Below are positions 52,251-63,845 of a stretch of 64,000 nt of DNA, piece by piece. Origin of the DNA: Mobula hypostoma (taxonomy: Eukaryota); contig NC_086097.1 of NCBI RefSeq assembly GCF_963921235.1, positions 6,200,001 to 6,264,000 of the forward strand, read 5' to 3'. Position numbers and translations under genes: made by a program. The stretch's first letter is position 1; each line of letters begins with the position of its first letter. The notes under the pieces are model-generated. The model was not told where the DNA came from. It was given only the letters and a program-made list of their open reading frames with translations, and did no database searches.

Positions 52251-52940
52251 GGTATTTTTTTGGTAGTCATAACTTTGCAGTTAGGTGCCCTCTGATGAAG
52301 CGTTGGCGTACTATAATCACCCTGTCTATTAATAACCAAAAAAGGGCAAACATCGTTATCAATCTAAACCGAGCCATTTTCCCAGGCAACTCTCTAAGTT
52401 TACTATGGTTCTATTTAGCTTTAAACTTAGTCTCTAATTTACCGAATTGGATGAAAGTTGGGTATCAAATCAGAACAACTAAATGAGCTATACCTGAACA
52501 CATTTTCTATACAAGGATGACGTGGAATTATATGTTCATTCATCAGTTAATAGAACTATTTTCTAAAGATATAATTATGAACTTTGGACTGGATAAATGC
52601 AGAACATGAAACATAAAGGAAGATGCAATAGAGTTAATAGAATACAAAACAGAGCAGCAGGATACAATACAACCGATGGAACAAATAGTTATCTATGATA
52701 TCGGCAAACAAAGAAAATAAATCATAGTGCAATAAAGGAAAAACTTTTGACTGAATTTACTTCAAGGCTTAAGAAAATCTGCCAAGCAGAGCTCAACAGT
52801 AAACGTATAACAAAGGCAATAAACACTATTTCCATACCTATATCAGCATACTCTTTTGGCATAATACGAGCGATGATTGATAAGTTTGTGGCCTGAGGTA
52901 GAAAGAGTCAATTTCAGAAAACCCAGCACATTTATTTTTC

Positions 52941-53726
52941 GCAAACAACAGGAATTCTGCAGATGCTGGAAATTCAAGCAACACACATAAAAGTTGCTGG
53001 TGAACGCAGCAGGCCAGGCAGCATCTCTAGGAAGAGGTGCAGTCGAAGTTTCAGGCCGAGACCCTTCGTCAGGACTAACTGAAGGAAGAGTGAGTAAGGG
53101 ATTTGAAAGTTGGGGGGGGAGGGGGAGATCCAAAATGATAGGAGAAGACAGGAGGGGGAGGGATGGAGCCAAGAGCTGGACAGGTGATAGGCAAAAGGGA
53201 TACGAGAGGATCATGGGACAGGAGGTCCGGGAAGAAAGACAAGTGGGGGGGGGGAAACCCAGAGGATGGGCAAGGGGTATATTCAGAGGGACAGAGGGAG
53301 AAAAAGGAGAGTGAGAGAAAGAATGTGTGTATATAAATAAATAACAGATGGGGTACGAGGGGGAGGTGGGGCATTAGCGGAAGTTAGAGAAGTCGATGTT
53401 CATGCCATCAGGTTGGAGGCTACCCAGACGGAATATAAGGTATTGTTCCTCCAACCTGAATGTGGCTTCATCTTTACAGTAGAGGAGGCCGTAGATAGAC
53501 ATGTCAGAGTGGGAATGGGATGTGGAATTAAACTGTGTGGCCACCGGGAGATCCTGCTTTCTCTGGAGGACAGAGCGTAGGTGTTCCGAAAAGCGGTCTC
53601 CCAGTCTGCGTCGGGTCTCGCCAATATATAAAAGGCCACATCGGGACGCAGTATATCACCCCAGCCGACTCACAGGTGAAGTGTTACCTCACCTGAAAGG
53701 ACTGTTTGGGGCCCTGAGTGGTGGGC
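52941..53726 (-). mobile_element. Young Penelope 3' fragment (GIY-YIG end + pLTR) inside the MITE
   Basis: Minus strand GVIYC..GLLYIGETRRRLGDRFSEHLRSV; TSD-like CATTTATTTTTC (52929-52940) / CATTTATTTTC (53727-53737). Confidence 0.9.
53040..53077 (-). ncRNA. Minimal type I hammerhead ribozyme motif (best-preserved complete copy)
   Basis: Minus strand TAGTC-CTGACGA-AGGGTCTCGGCCT-GAAA-CT-TC^GACTG: helix I, CUGANGA core, helix II, GAAA, 1-bp helix III, UH site. Activity not shown. Confidence 0.75.
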
Positions 53727-55875
53727 CATTTATTTTCCCTACATTTACACACTTAGTCCAGCGGTTGTGGAGCATACGGATCCCTTCTTTGTAGAAGTTG
53801 GTGTCCTGGACCTCCAGAGTGGTCCTCAGCAGGGGTGATTGATAAGTTTGTGGCCTAAGGTAGAAAGAGATGAGTTATTAACTTCAAACTTTCTCCATTT
53901 TCCCCTCAAAGAGTTGAACTACATGTGCATTTAACAAGAGCTGTATAACTCATCTCCTTCTACCTTAGGCCACAAACTTATCAATCACTTCCTGCTGTGG
54001 CCCACTTCTACAAAGAAGGGATCCGTATGCTCCACGACCGCTGGACTCAGTGTGTACATGTAGGAGGGGACTATGTTGAAAAATAAATGTCCTAGGTTTT
54101 CTAAAATTGACTCTTTCTACCTTAGGCCACAAACTTATCAATCACTCTTCATATCTTGGCCCAAAACTGATCAGGAAAATTTACAAAGAAAAATTAGAAC
54201 TGAAATGACAAATTTCAGAAAACATTATGTACATTTGAATGCACTTAGATTAACCCTACCTAGGACAGAAAGGTGAAAAGGAATAACAGACATACAAAAT
54301 CTACACAACAGATAGCTCAAACTTCTAAGAATATACTTTCAAGGAAAACAGGAATCAGCACTCCTCGCGAGCATATTCATTTCTGATAAGAAATACACAT
54401 AACTAAACTTAACAGAGAGCATAACTCAGAAAAATAAAGACATTATCACTATTGAAGAAAAAGTTAACCAATGGAAGATTATGACCCTCTATGGAACACA
54501 TTCTAATGATTTGAGCAGACTAGATGTTGACAAGGAAGCATTGAACGCCTGGCTCAAGGTTGGAGACCTGTCCCCAGAAACAGGAGGGCTGTTTGTGGCA
54601 ACACAGGACCAGGTGGTTAACACAAAAAAAGATCAAAAATACAAAATAAAAGACCAACAAAGTCAAAATGATAAATGTAGAAAAATAGCGAGAAAAAAAC
54701 AAAAAAAATTCTAACATTACAAGATTCTGTAGCAGTTTAACACAATCTGATTACTTACATAGGCACAATCAAGTGGAAAACATCATGTATCAAAATCTTG
54801 TTTTGAAATTCAAACTCATAAAATAAAGCATACCTTACTATAAACACAAGTCTGAACCAGTTTTAAAGTCAGAAATCAACAAATTATATTATGACAGATC
54901 AGTCATTACAGATAGGACAATCTATAGCACTGGCCAGATATAATAGTACAGATAAACAAGCAAGAACAATTTACTGAAAAGATATAGCCATAGCAAACAC
55001 ATATCAATAACTGAAAAATACCAGAAATATGCTGAATTAAAATAGGAAATTGAAAGACTTCATAACATGAACATGGTGTACATTGCCCCAATAGTAATAG
55101 CTACAACTGGTATCACCCCAAAGGCACTAAAATGCCCCAATAGCATTAAACAATTAGGGCTACACAATAATATCTATGCAAATCTTCAGAAAGCTACAAT
55201 ACTAAACACCACTAGAATAGTTCGAAAGTTCCGAGCAATTGAGTACAATCAGATATACCCTTACCTCAGGTATTACCAACTTGAGCTGTGAAAAATTAAA
55301 TAAAAATAATAATAACTTTACTTATTTATATATTTTATTTATTTATATTTCATACATTAAGGTATATGCTCAAAGTGCTTTACACAGATTGTAAAATCAA
55401 TATAGTTATAAAAATATGAGACAATTAAAAATCATTAAGTCCAACATTATGTAGAATAAAATATAATTGAATACACCTAAATATATAAATATAATCAACA
55501 CCAGGAAGCATTAAGTAATCCTATAAGTAGGCCAAATTAAAAAAGTTAGTTTTTAGAACTGTTTTCAAAACATTCCACAGTACTATCTTCATCAGTAGAG
55601 TATTCCAGATTTTTGGTGCATGAGAGCAAACTAATAATTTAGGGAAAATGAGTTTAATAAGAGTAAGTTCCATCTGTTACTTTTCTGCCCCTATCTGTAA
55701 CTGATCTAAATCCCATGCTAATTTTTGAAGGTTATTTACATTTCTATTTGGCCATGTATGGATGCAAGGCTGGGGTGGAGTAATATCAATAAAACTATAC
55801 CTGTGAGAATCTCTACAGAACCTGGTGACCCTGTGCTTTCTTTTTGCATTACCTATTTTATATATACGCTGAGAT

Positions 55876-55877
<2 letters not shown>

Positions 55878-55951
<74 letters not shown>
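55878..55951. repeat. Microsatellite (CA)n(CGCA)n(CA)n
   Basis: Directly visible. Confidence 0.97.
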
Positions 55952-56779
55952 TTTAAATATGCTTCTTATGGTAATTTATCGTTTTTAAGGATTGCAATGC
56001 ACTGCTGCTATAAAACAACATGATATATGTCAGTGATATTAAACCTGGTTCTGATTTTGTATCATTTATTCCATTGCCAGAAATGAACATTACATGCAAT
56101 ACTAGGGTTTATAGTTCATCCTTCCTTACCCCTGAAGTAAGTAGACAGTTACGTGTTAACCACATTGATGGGGACACAGGCAAAGATAGCAGATTTCTTT
56201 ACTAAAAGTAGAAAACGCTGGAAACCCCCAGCACCAGTATCAGTGGAAAACAGAGTCAATGTTTCTGAGCAAGGACCACTCGTCAGATTTCTCCCCTGAA
56301 GGACATACATTAATGGAATAGTTCTTTGTCAAATATCCAGTGGTTTGTTCATTCATATATATTTAGTTACTTGGATTAAGATTTCCTCAGAGTTTGTCAT
56401 AGTTGGATTTGAAATTATATCTTTTTATTTAGGTGTTGGAATAATAACCAAACCGCTCTACCATCACACCTTTGAGTGGCCAATTTCGATTTCTTCCACA
56501 AATAAGAATTTCTTTCTCAATAAAAAGGCAAATTCATTTTTTTCTCTTATCTCTTTTGCTTCCATTGTAAGGGGTAGAATATATTGATTTTCATTTCAGA
56601 TGTAAACTTTATAAGGTATATACAAAAGGAAAAAAAACGTGTAAAACCTTTTACATTCTTAATATAATTCGGTCAATATTTTCAGGAGGAAAAACACATT
56701 TTTATGAAATAGTACCATTGCCACTCATGTGGTCTCAGGTGAGGCGCATTTTGTGTTTGAGGGGCTTTCCCACTGGATT

Positions 56780-57190
56780 ATAGAACATAGAATAGTACAA
56801 CACAGTACAGGCCCTTCAGCCCACAATGTTGTGCCGACCCTCAAACTCTGCCTTCCATAAACCCCCCCCAACTTAAATTCCTCCATATACCTGTCTAGTA
56901 GTCTCTTAAACTTTACGAGTGTATCTGCCTCCACCACTGATTCAGGCAGTGCATTCCACACACCAATCACTCTCTGAGTAAAAAACCTTCCTCTAATATC
57001 CCCTTTGAACTTCTCACCCCTTAACTTAAAGCCATGTCCTCTTGTATTGAGCAGTGGTACCCTGGGGAAGAGGCGCTGGCTATCCACTCTATCTATTCCT
57101 CTTAATACCTTGTATACCTCTATCATGTCTCCTCTCATCCTCCTTCTCTCCAAAGAGTAAAGCCCTAGGTCCGTTAATCTCTGATCATAA
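56780..57190 (-). mobile_element. Young CR1 3' fragment
   Basis: ORF 56725..57195 LGLYSLERRRMRGD..TRGHGFK..FFTQRVIGVWNALP; CR1 tail. Confidence 0.9.
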
Positions 57191-57195
57191 TCCAT

Positions 57196-57345
57196 ACAGC
57201 CCCACTAGGCCCCAGATTGCTGTCCTTCTTCACAGAGCTTTAGCATTGGATTCACCTAGCTTCAGTGCATTCTTCAGGCTGTTCTCCTGCAACCTGGAAT
57301 TCGCCAACTGGCAGCATTCCCACATGGACAGCATTCCTCACTCTG
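57196..57345 (-). mobile_element. Probable Tx1/L1-clade C-terminal remnant
   Basis: Minus strand WECCQLANSRLQENSLKNALKLGESNAKAL resembles Tx1-type ORF2 C-termini as I recall them. Confidence 0.5.
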
Positions 57346-58851
57346 CTCAGAGGCTATGATCTGTGAATGCTACCTGGAAATCGCTTTAACTTGCAATGGT
57401 TTATTGGGGTGTTCAGGCTTCCTTATAGGCTGGTACAGATAGGACAGTGTCACTTGTTTGAGTGACTATGAACATTCACTTGGTAAATACATTACACAAT
57501 GTGGCACTACTGTATTGTAGCAGTTTGTGCATTGCTATTACAGCTCAGGCCATCGGAGTTCAGAGTTCAGTCCTGACGCCGTCTGTGAGGAGTTTGTTTG
57601 TCCTCACCATGAGCACGTGGGTTTCCTCAGGGTGCTTCAGTTTCCTCCTGCAGTCCAAAGATGTACCAGTTTATAAGTTCAGTGGTTATTGTAAAATTTT
57701 CCTGTGATTCATTCATTCATTATGTGCCGCGTCGTATGACGTGAGCGATCATGGTCTATCCATGATCATAATTGTTCTTGGCAAATTTTTCTGCAGAAGT
57801 GGTTTTCAATTGCCTTCTGTTGGGCAGTCTCTTTCCAACACTAGTGACTCCAGCCATTATCAATACTCTTCAGAGATTGTCTGCTTGGCATCAGGGATTG
57901 CAAAACCAGGACTTGTGATATGCACCAGCTGCTCGTACGGCCATCCACCACCTGCTTCCATGGCTTCCTGTGACCCTGATCGAGGGCTAAGTAGGTGCTA
58001 CACCTTGCCCAAGGATTACCTTGGAGAGAAGGAATGCTTTACACCTCCTGTGATAGGGTTCAATAGGTAAGTTGCTGGACAGAATGGCTTGTTGGGCCAA
58101 AGGGCCGGTTCTGCACTGTATCTGTAAATAAGTAAAATTTACCTGTAAACTAATGATTCCAGCAGTCTGTATTCTCACCTTCAATCAAGACTTGAATAAG
58201 CAGACACGGTGCAAGAGTCTCCACAGAGGAGCATATCATGTTCAGGTGTTTAACATTACTTAGACATCTTTCTTAATGTTTAAAAAAATGTTTCCTAAAT
58301 GTCTCCTAAATGAGCTTAAATGGAGGCATGTATTTCCAGAAATGCTGGGGCAAACTCTTTATCTTCTGCTTGATAATTTATTAAGAAATGACAGTGCCGT
58401 GGAAGGCAATTGATTGCGGCTCATGATTATTCAGTCATTTTAAAGTAGAACCATTGCACCTCCTAATTAAAGTCAGATCATTTTTCATAGGTTGTGAAAG
58501 AAAACAAGAGGCTTGGCAGATTCTTTTTCTTCCTACTAAAAATCTATAATCATCCATTTAGAATTCAATTATTTGAACCCCAGCCATTTAAAACTGTGGT
58601 GACAGTTAATGTGACCTTCGTCAATCAAACTGTTTTGAAATCTGCTCATTAGCAGCATTATGCTAATTAAAATATAATGCTCACTCTTAGATCAAAGGAA
58701 ATACAAACTTAGTCCTAATTTTGGATACATTGAGAGCTCATCCATCATTGTGTTTGGGTTTGTTTTGTGCCTGTCTGTCAAACACCAGCAGCACTGATTC
58801 CTGCAGTAACTACCGTTTGATATTATATGATGCAAAAGGTGAGTGTCTCAC

Positions 58852-59017
58852 CTCGCCATCATTGAAATATCCTTATGGAATACTCCAGCTGCTAAATAAC
58901 TGAGCGGAGTGTCTGGGGGCATCTGGGATAGAAGCCATTGAATCCTGGGGTTACCATGGTGATAGTGGATCCAATTCCATCTTTCGGCATTGAACCCCTC
59001 GATATTTCCATGTGCAT
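58852..59017 (-). CDS. Candidate host exon A (AHGNIEGFNAERWNWIHYHHGNPRIQWLLSQMPPDTPLSYLAAGVFHKDISMMA)
   Basis: Acceptor ctaatttttatgcattctag, donor GAG|gtgaga, 166 nt, exactly one stop-free frame (phase 1 to phase 2), non-repetitive sequence. Confidence 0.65.
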
Positions 59018-59069
59018 CTAGAATGCATAAAAATTAGCAAAGGTAGAGGTAAGAATTTGTTATTGCTGA

Positions 59070-60145
59070 CTCTGGATGAGGCCCTCCGTTGGTTGGGTCA
59101 ACATTGGTTATTACATCCTTGCTGTCTATACAAGCCAGTCTGCAAGCCAAGGCAGTATATGGAGAGCAAGCTGTTGCCCATGTAGCAGGCACCCTTCTCC
59201 ACACAGCTGATGAACCCAAAGGAACGGCAGAGACCGATACAGTTTGGCACCAGTGGCACCTCAGGGATTCCAGCTCCAGATTTTTCCCTCAGGGTTTACT
59301 CCTGAAGCCTTCCCCATGATTGGGTATAGCCGTAAGACAGCTGAGGTTTCCTTCTCCTCGGTGGGCTGACAACCATGACTGATGAACCCTATCTGCCCGA
59401 AGCAATCGGCTTTAAGGTGGCAGTAACCTGCCTTTGCCCCTTCTCCTGTCAGGAGAATAGTTCCGTCAGACTTAGTAGCTAAGCCACACGTGAAGGCCAG
59501 GAGCTGGACTTGGTCGTCAGAGGCTATTTGAGGTGTACACCATTGGGAGCATTTAATGGGTACCACTACTACTACATCGACTCAGGCCTAGGGGGCCGGC
59601 GTCGGGCATGATGACGGACTCTCCATTTCTCCCTCTCCCTCATCAGTGTGTTCAGTTCATCTACATTAGCCGTGCCGCTGTCTTCTAGGAGTGTGTTGAC
59701 CATAGTTTTGGAAGGGCACCCAGGGTTCATCCTCCCGCGCTTGGGCTCCCATATGATGACTAGGCTGGCAGGTATCTCGGAGTGGCGCAGACAGTGCCCC
59801 ACTAGTTGCAGTCTTCTCACCTCGATTTTAGTGGTGAGCATCAGTAGGTCGTTATAGAGCTTGACATTCGTCATGTGTTGTTGCCAACACACGTCAAGAG
59901 CCATGCAGAGCATTCGTGTATAGCAACCATCTAGAGACTTTCACATAGTCTTGGTGAGTGTTCACGTCTCACATCTGTATGTGAGAATAGACTATGACTG
60001 CTATGTAAAATCCTCTTTTTAAGCCCTCTGTTCAGGTTCGACTTCCAGATTTCCTTCATGTCATTCATAGCCCTCCACGCCAGTGCCTTCCGTACCTTTA
60101 TGTCCTTCTCCAAACTCATCACTCTTGACTCAAGGTACTTGTACT
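59070..60145 (-). mobile_element. RTE-type LINE 3' fragment (~59568-60145) next to a SINE-like element (~59070-59565)
   Basis: ORFs 59931..60122 and 59572..59913 (RRLQLVGHCLRH..IIWEP) with (AGT)n tail; adjacent element is the same family as ~44570-45225. Confidence 0.72.
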
Positions 60146-61069
60146 TAATGGGCAGTGGATCTTAACCCCGCTATCCCCACTACCCTCCCCTCCCATTCTC
60201 ACCGGCTCGGACAATCTCAAGAAACATGTTGCTGTCACCAAGGCAAAAGAACGTTGAAGCACTTGAGGGAAGATTATAATCATGCCACAGTAGTGCAGCC
60301 ACTAGCCAGATGCTGTTACATCTCGAGACGTCAGATTTCAGAGTTCAATTCCAGCATCCTCTGTAAGAAAGTTTGTACGTTCTTCCTGTGGCTCATGAGC
60401 TTCCTCTGGGTTCTCTTGTTTCCTCCCACAGTCCAAAGACATTCTGGTTAGTAGGTAAATTGTCTTGTGATTAGGCGAGGGTTAAATGGATGGGTTGCCT
60501 GGCAGGGCGGCTTGTTGGGCCTGAGGGGTAGTTTTGTGTGGTTTCTCTAAATAAATAAAATAAACACATAAACCACAGTAAGGAGAAAGGAATGTAAAAT
60601 GCAGAATTCACTACAGCGTGACCCAGGAGTGTAGAGTTGCTAGTACAATTGCTTTTCAATGTCCAAGATCACCAATCAAGTTTCAATCCCGGCTGCTTTC
60701 TGTAAGGAGTTTGTACATTCTCCCTATGACCCCTCAGGTCTCCTCTGGGTGCTCCAGTTTCCTCCCATGTTACAGAACAGGGTTTGTAAGTTGAGAACAT
60801 ACAATATTCATGCAGGAAGAGAGGTAACACTTACAGGGCTGCCCCCAGCACAATCACCGATGCAAAAGATTGATGCATTTCACTGTGTGTTTCAATGTTT
60901 CAATGTACATGCAACAAATAAAGCTAACCTCTTTAAAGGAAGAACGTAGGAGGATGCATGTTGGAAACAGGGTCATTGTGCAAGGAGGCTTTCTTGATTG
61001 GAGGTCTGCAACTAGGGGTGTGCTACAGGAATCTGTGCCGAAAACTTTGCTGTTATGTGATGTATATTG

Positions 61070-61585
61070 AAAGTGCTAAAAGCTTGTTTGAATGTTTGGA
61101 CAAGATACTAAAGAATACCATAATTTCAATGGGTACAAAGTTCAGTGTGTTGCAGTACTACGTTCATTCCACACTATCACATGGAAGCCAATTTTGGACG
61201 ACATCAAAGCAAATTGAGGGAAGACCCGAAGCTGCAGAAATGTGGTTTTTGAGAAGAATGATGAAAACATCATGGAAGGACAGAGTAACAAATGAGGAAG
61301 TGTTGCAGAAAGCCAGAATAAGAAGAGAGCTGGTATCATCAATCAGGAAAGGGCAGCTGGAATCTCTGGGGCATGTACCGAGTAAAGAGAAGCTCAAACA
61401 TCTCGCGGTGACGGCAAAACTGATGGAAGTATAAGTCGCAATCGACAATGTATGATATTCATGAGTTACATCAAGGGGTTGATAGGCAAAAGTTTTGCAG
61501 TTTATTAGAACTTCTCAAAGGCAGTTGGAAGACCGTGATCACCCACATCATTCAACACGGCACATAATGGTGATGATGATGATTG
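61070..61585 (+). mobile_element. RTE-clade 3' fragment
   Basis: EAAEMWFLRRMMKTSWKDRVTNEEVL..LGHV; (GAT)n tail. Confidence 0.82.
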
Positions 61586-62174
61586 ATTCCCTAGAGTGAT
61601 AGAGTGATAGAGTACAGAAGTGGGTCCTTCAGCTCAACTCATCCATACCAATCAGGATTTCCATCTAAGCTAATCGTACCAGCCTGTGTTTGACCCATAT
61701 CCACTTATGCTTTTTCTATCCTTGCACACCTCTAAGTACCTTTTAAATGATGCTTGTGTACCTGCCCCAACTCACACACACAAAAATGTGGAGGGAACTC
61801 AGTAGGTCAGCCAGCAACTGAGGAGAAAAACAAACTAGCAATGTTTCCAGCCAAGTCCCTTCATCAGGATATGCCTCAACCACTTTCTCTGGAAGTTCAC
61901 TCTATATATTGGTCACCTTCTGAGTGAAATTGTTGCCCCTCAGATTCTGGTTAACTCTCGCCCTCTCACCTGAAACCTCTGCCCTCCAGTTTGTGATTCC
62001 CCAGACACGGAGGAACAGACTTGGCTGCAACGAATACTAAGTTTGCAGGTGACAAGCAAAATGTATTGTGGATATCAAGTAAGATTGTCTAAGGCTACAG
62101 CAAGTTATAGAGCAAATGAAAAGTTGGGTGGAGCATTGACAGATAAATTTAATCCCAATAAGTGCAAGGTGTTT

Positions 62175-63845
62175 TAAAAAGTGAGTGGGGTCTGTTGGGA
62201 ATTATCTGAGGAGCGGGAGATCACAAAGTGAGCTGGAGACAGTTCCTTGTGGACTTTAGTGCCAGTTGAAAAAGTGCGTGGGGTCTGCTGGGACTTGACT
62301 GTGGAGCAGGAGATTGATTGGGTTATTAGTCACTAAGAAAGAACCAGTAAAAAGAAGTGAGGTTTACGTAAAGTGGCCATTGTGGGAGTGGCCATTGTTG
62401 GAGAGGTCTGGCTTTGGTTCAACAGCCTTAGGTGAGAACAAGTGAGGGCTAGAACTTAAGACAGAGAAGGTTGTTACTTAAAAGTGTAAGCAGGATGGTA
62501 GTTCAGGTGGTGGGATGCTCCTCCTGTGAGATGTATGATTCAGGGTACCTAACAGTCTCCCTGATAACTACGTCTGAGGGAAGTGCACTCAACATCAGCT
62601 CCTGACTGACAAGGTCAAGGAACTGAAGGTTGAGCTGGATGCATTCAAGACCAACCGGGAGGCTGAAAACTTCATAGATGGGACTTTAACAGAGGTGGCC
62701 ACACCAGAGTGCAGGCTTCAGACAGTAGTCAGGTGACCATCAGGCAAAGTAAGGGGAGAAAGCAGTCAATGTAGGGCTCTACTCTTCGTATTCCCCTCAG
62801 CAACAAGTATACACCCTTGGATACCACTGGGAGGAAGACCTATCAGGGCACATCAACTGCAGCCAGCACAGTGACTCTGAGGCCGGCTCTATGGCTCAGC
62901 AGAGAAGGGTAACATTAGGCAGTAAGGTAGTGATAGGAGACTCGATGATTATGCGGATGGACAAGAAATTCTGTGGCCATGAAAGAAAAGCCAGGATGGT
63001 GTGTAGTTTCCCAGTTGCTAGGGTCCAGAGTGTCTCAGAGCAGCTGCAGAAGATTCTCTAGAGGAAGGGTGAGTGGCCAGAGGTCATGGTGCAGATTGGC
63101 ACCAATGGTTAGGTGGGTAGAAAGGGGGAAGAGGTCCTGTGTATCAGTATAGGCAGTTAGGGAAAAGGATGAAGAGCAGGACCTTCAAGGTAGATTACTC
63201 CCAGTGCCATGTGCTATTCAGGGCAGGACTAGGATGATAGTACAGATGAATGAGAGGCTGGGGGGAACACGGTTTCAGATTTCTGGAGCAATGGGATTGC
63301 TACTGGGGAAGGTATGACCTGAACAAAAAGGACAAGTTACTCCTGAACCCGAGGGGACCAATATCCTTATGGGCAGTTTTGACAGAGATGTTGGGGAAGA
63401 CTTAAACTAAGTTGGCAGCAAGTTGGGCACTGAGTGATAGGCACGACGATGGGGCAGTTGTGATGTAAATTTATGCAGTTGTGGCAGAAAGAAGATCAAA
63501 GTTGGGAGCTTAACATCCAAGGATACACATTGTATTGAAAGGACAGGCAGTAAGGTAGAGGGGGTGGTGTGGGACTGTTGGTGAAAAAAGAAATCAAATC
63601 CTTAGAAAGAGATGATGTAGGATCAGAAGATTTAGAATCCTTATGGGTAGAGTTAAGAAACTGCAAGGGTAAGAAGACCCTGATGGGAGATATACAGTAC
63701 AGGTCTATGAACAGTAGTCAGGATGTGGGACATAAATTTTAATGGGAGATAGAAAAAGCATATAATAAGGACAAAGTTACAATAGTATGTGGGATTTCAA
63801 TATGCAGGTAGATTGGGAAAATTAGCTTGGTGCTGGCTCACAAGA
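62175..63845 (+). mobile_element. CR1 5' UTR, ORF1 and start of ORF2, decayed
   Basis: CSSCEM, IPLSNKY, VIGDS, FPVARV, IGTN, LNPRGT; then ESLWVELRNCKGKKTL, DFNM; parallels 17841-19700. Confidence 0.82.

Larger units (their letters stand above)
52867..54151. mobile_element. Mariner-derived foldback MITE with outer and inner TIR pairs
   Basis: TA TSD (52865-66, 54152-53); TIR TGATTGATAAGTTTGTGGCCT.AGGTAGAA present four times; mariner transposase C-terminus HFYKEGIRMLHDRWTQCVHVGGDYVEK* at 54003-54086 and inverted at ~53737-53800. Confidence 0.9.
52290..55315 (+). mobile_element. R4/Dong (Rex6-like) non-LTR retrotransposon: RT, zinc-knuckle remnant, restriction-like endonuclease
   Basis: RAIFPGNSLSLLWF (cf. 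RGIFQGDSLSPLWF), HFLYKDD (cf. HLLYMDD), FGLDKC, KAINT..P..YSFGII, WL..GDL.PETGG..ATQDQV, DKCR, YLHRHNQV, PDII, KYAELK, PIVI.TTG, LQKATILNT.RIVRKF; (TAA)n tail ~55297-55315. Confidence 0.88.

Noticed and set aside
56775..57195. Inverted hexamers GGATTA/TAATCC around a CR1 fragment as TIRs
   Set aside because: Too short, and the enclosed sequence is a normal LINE 3' end.
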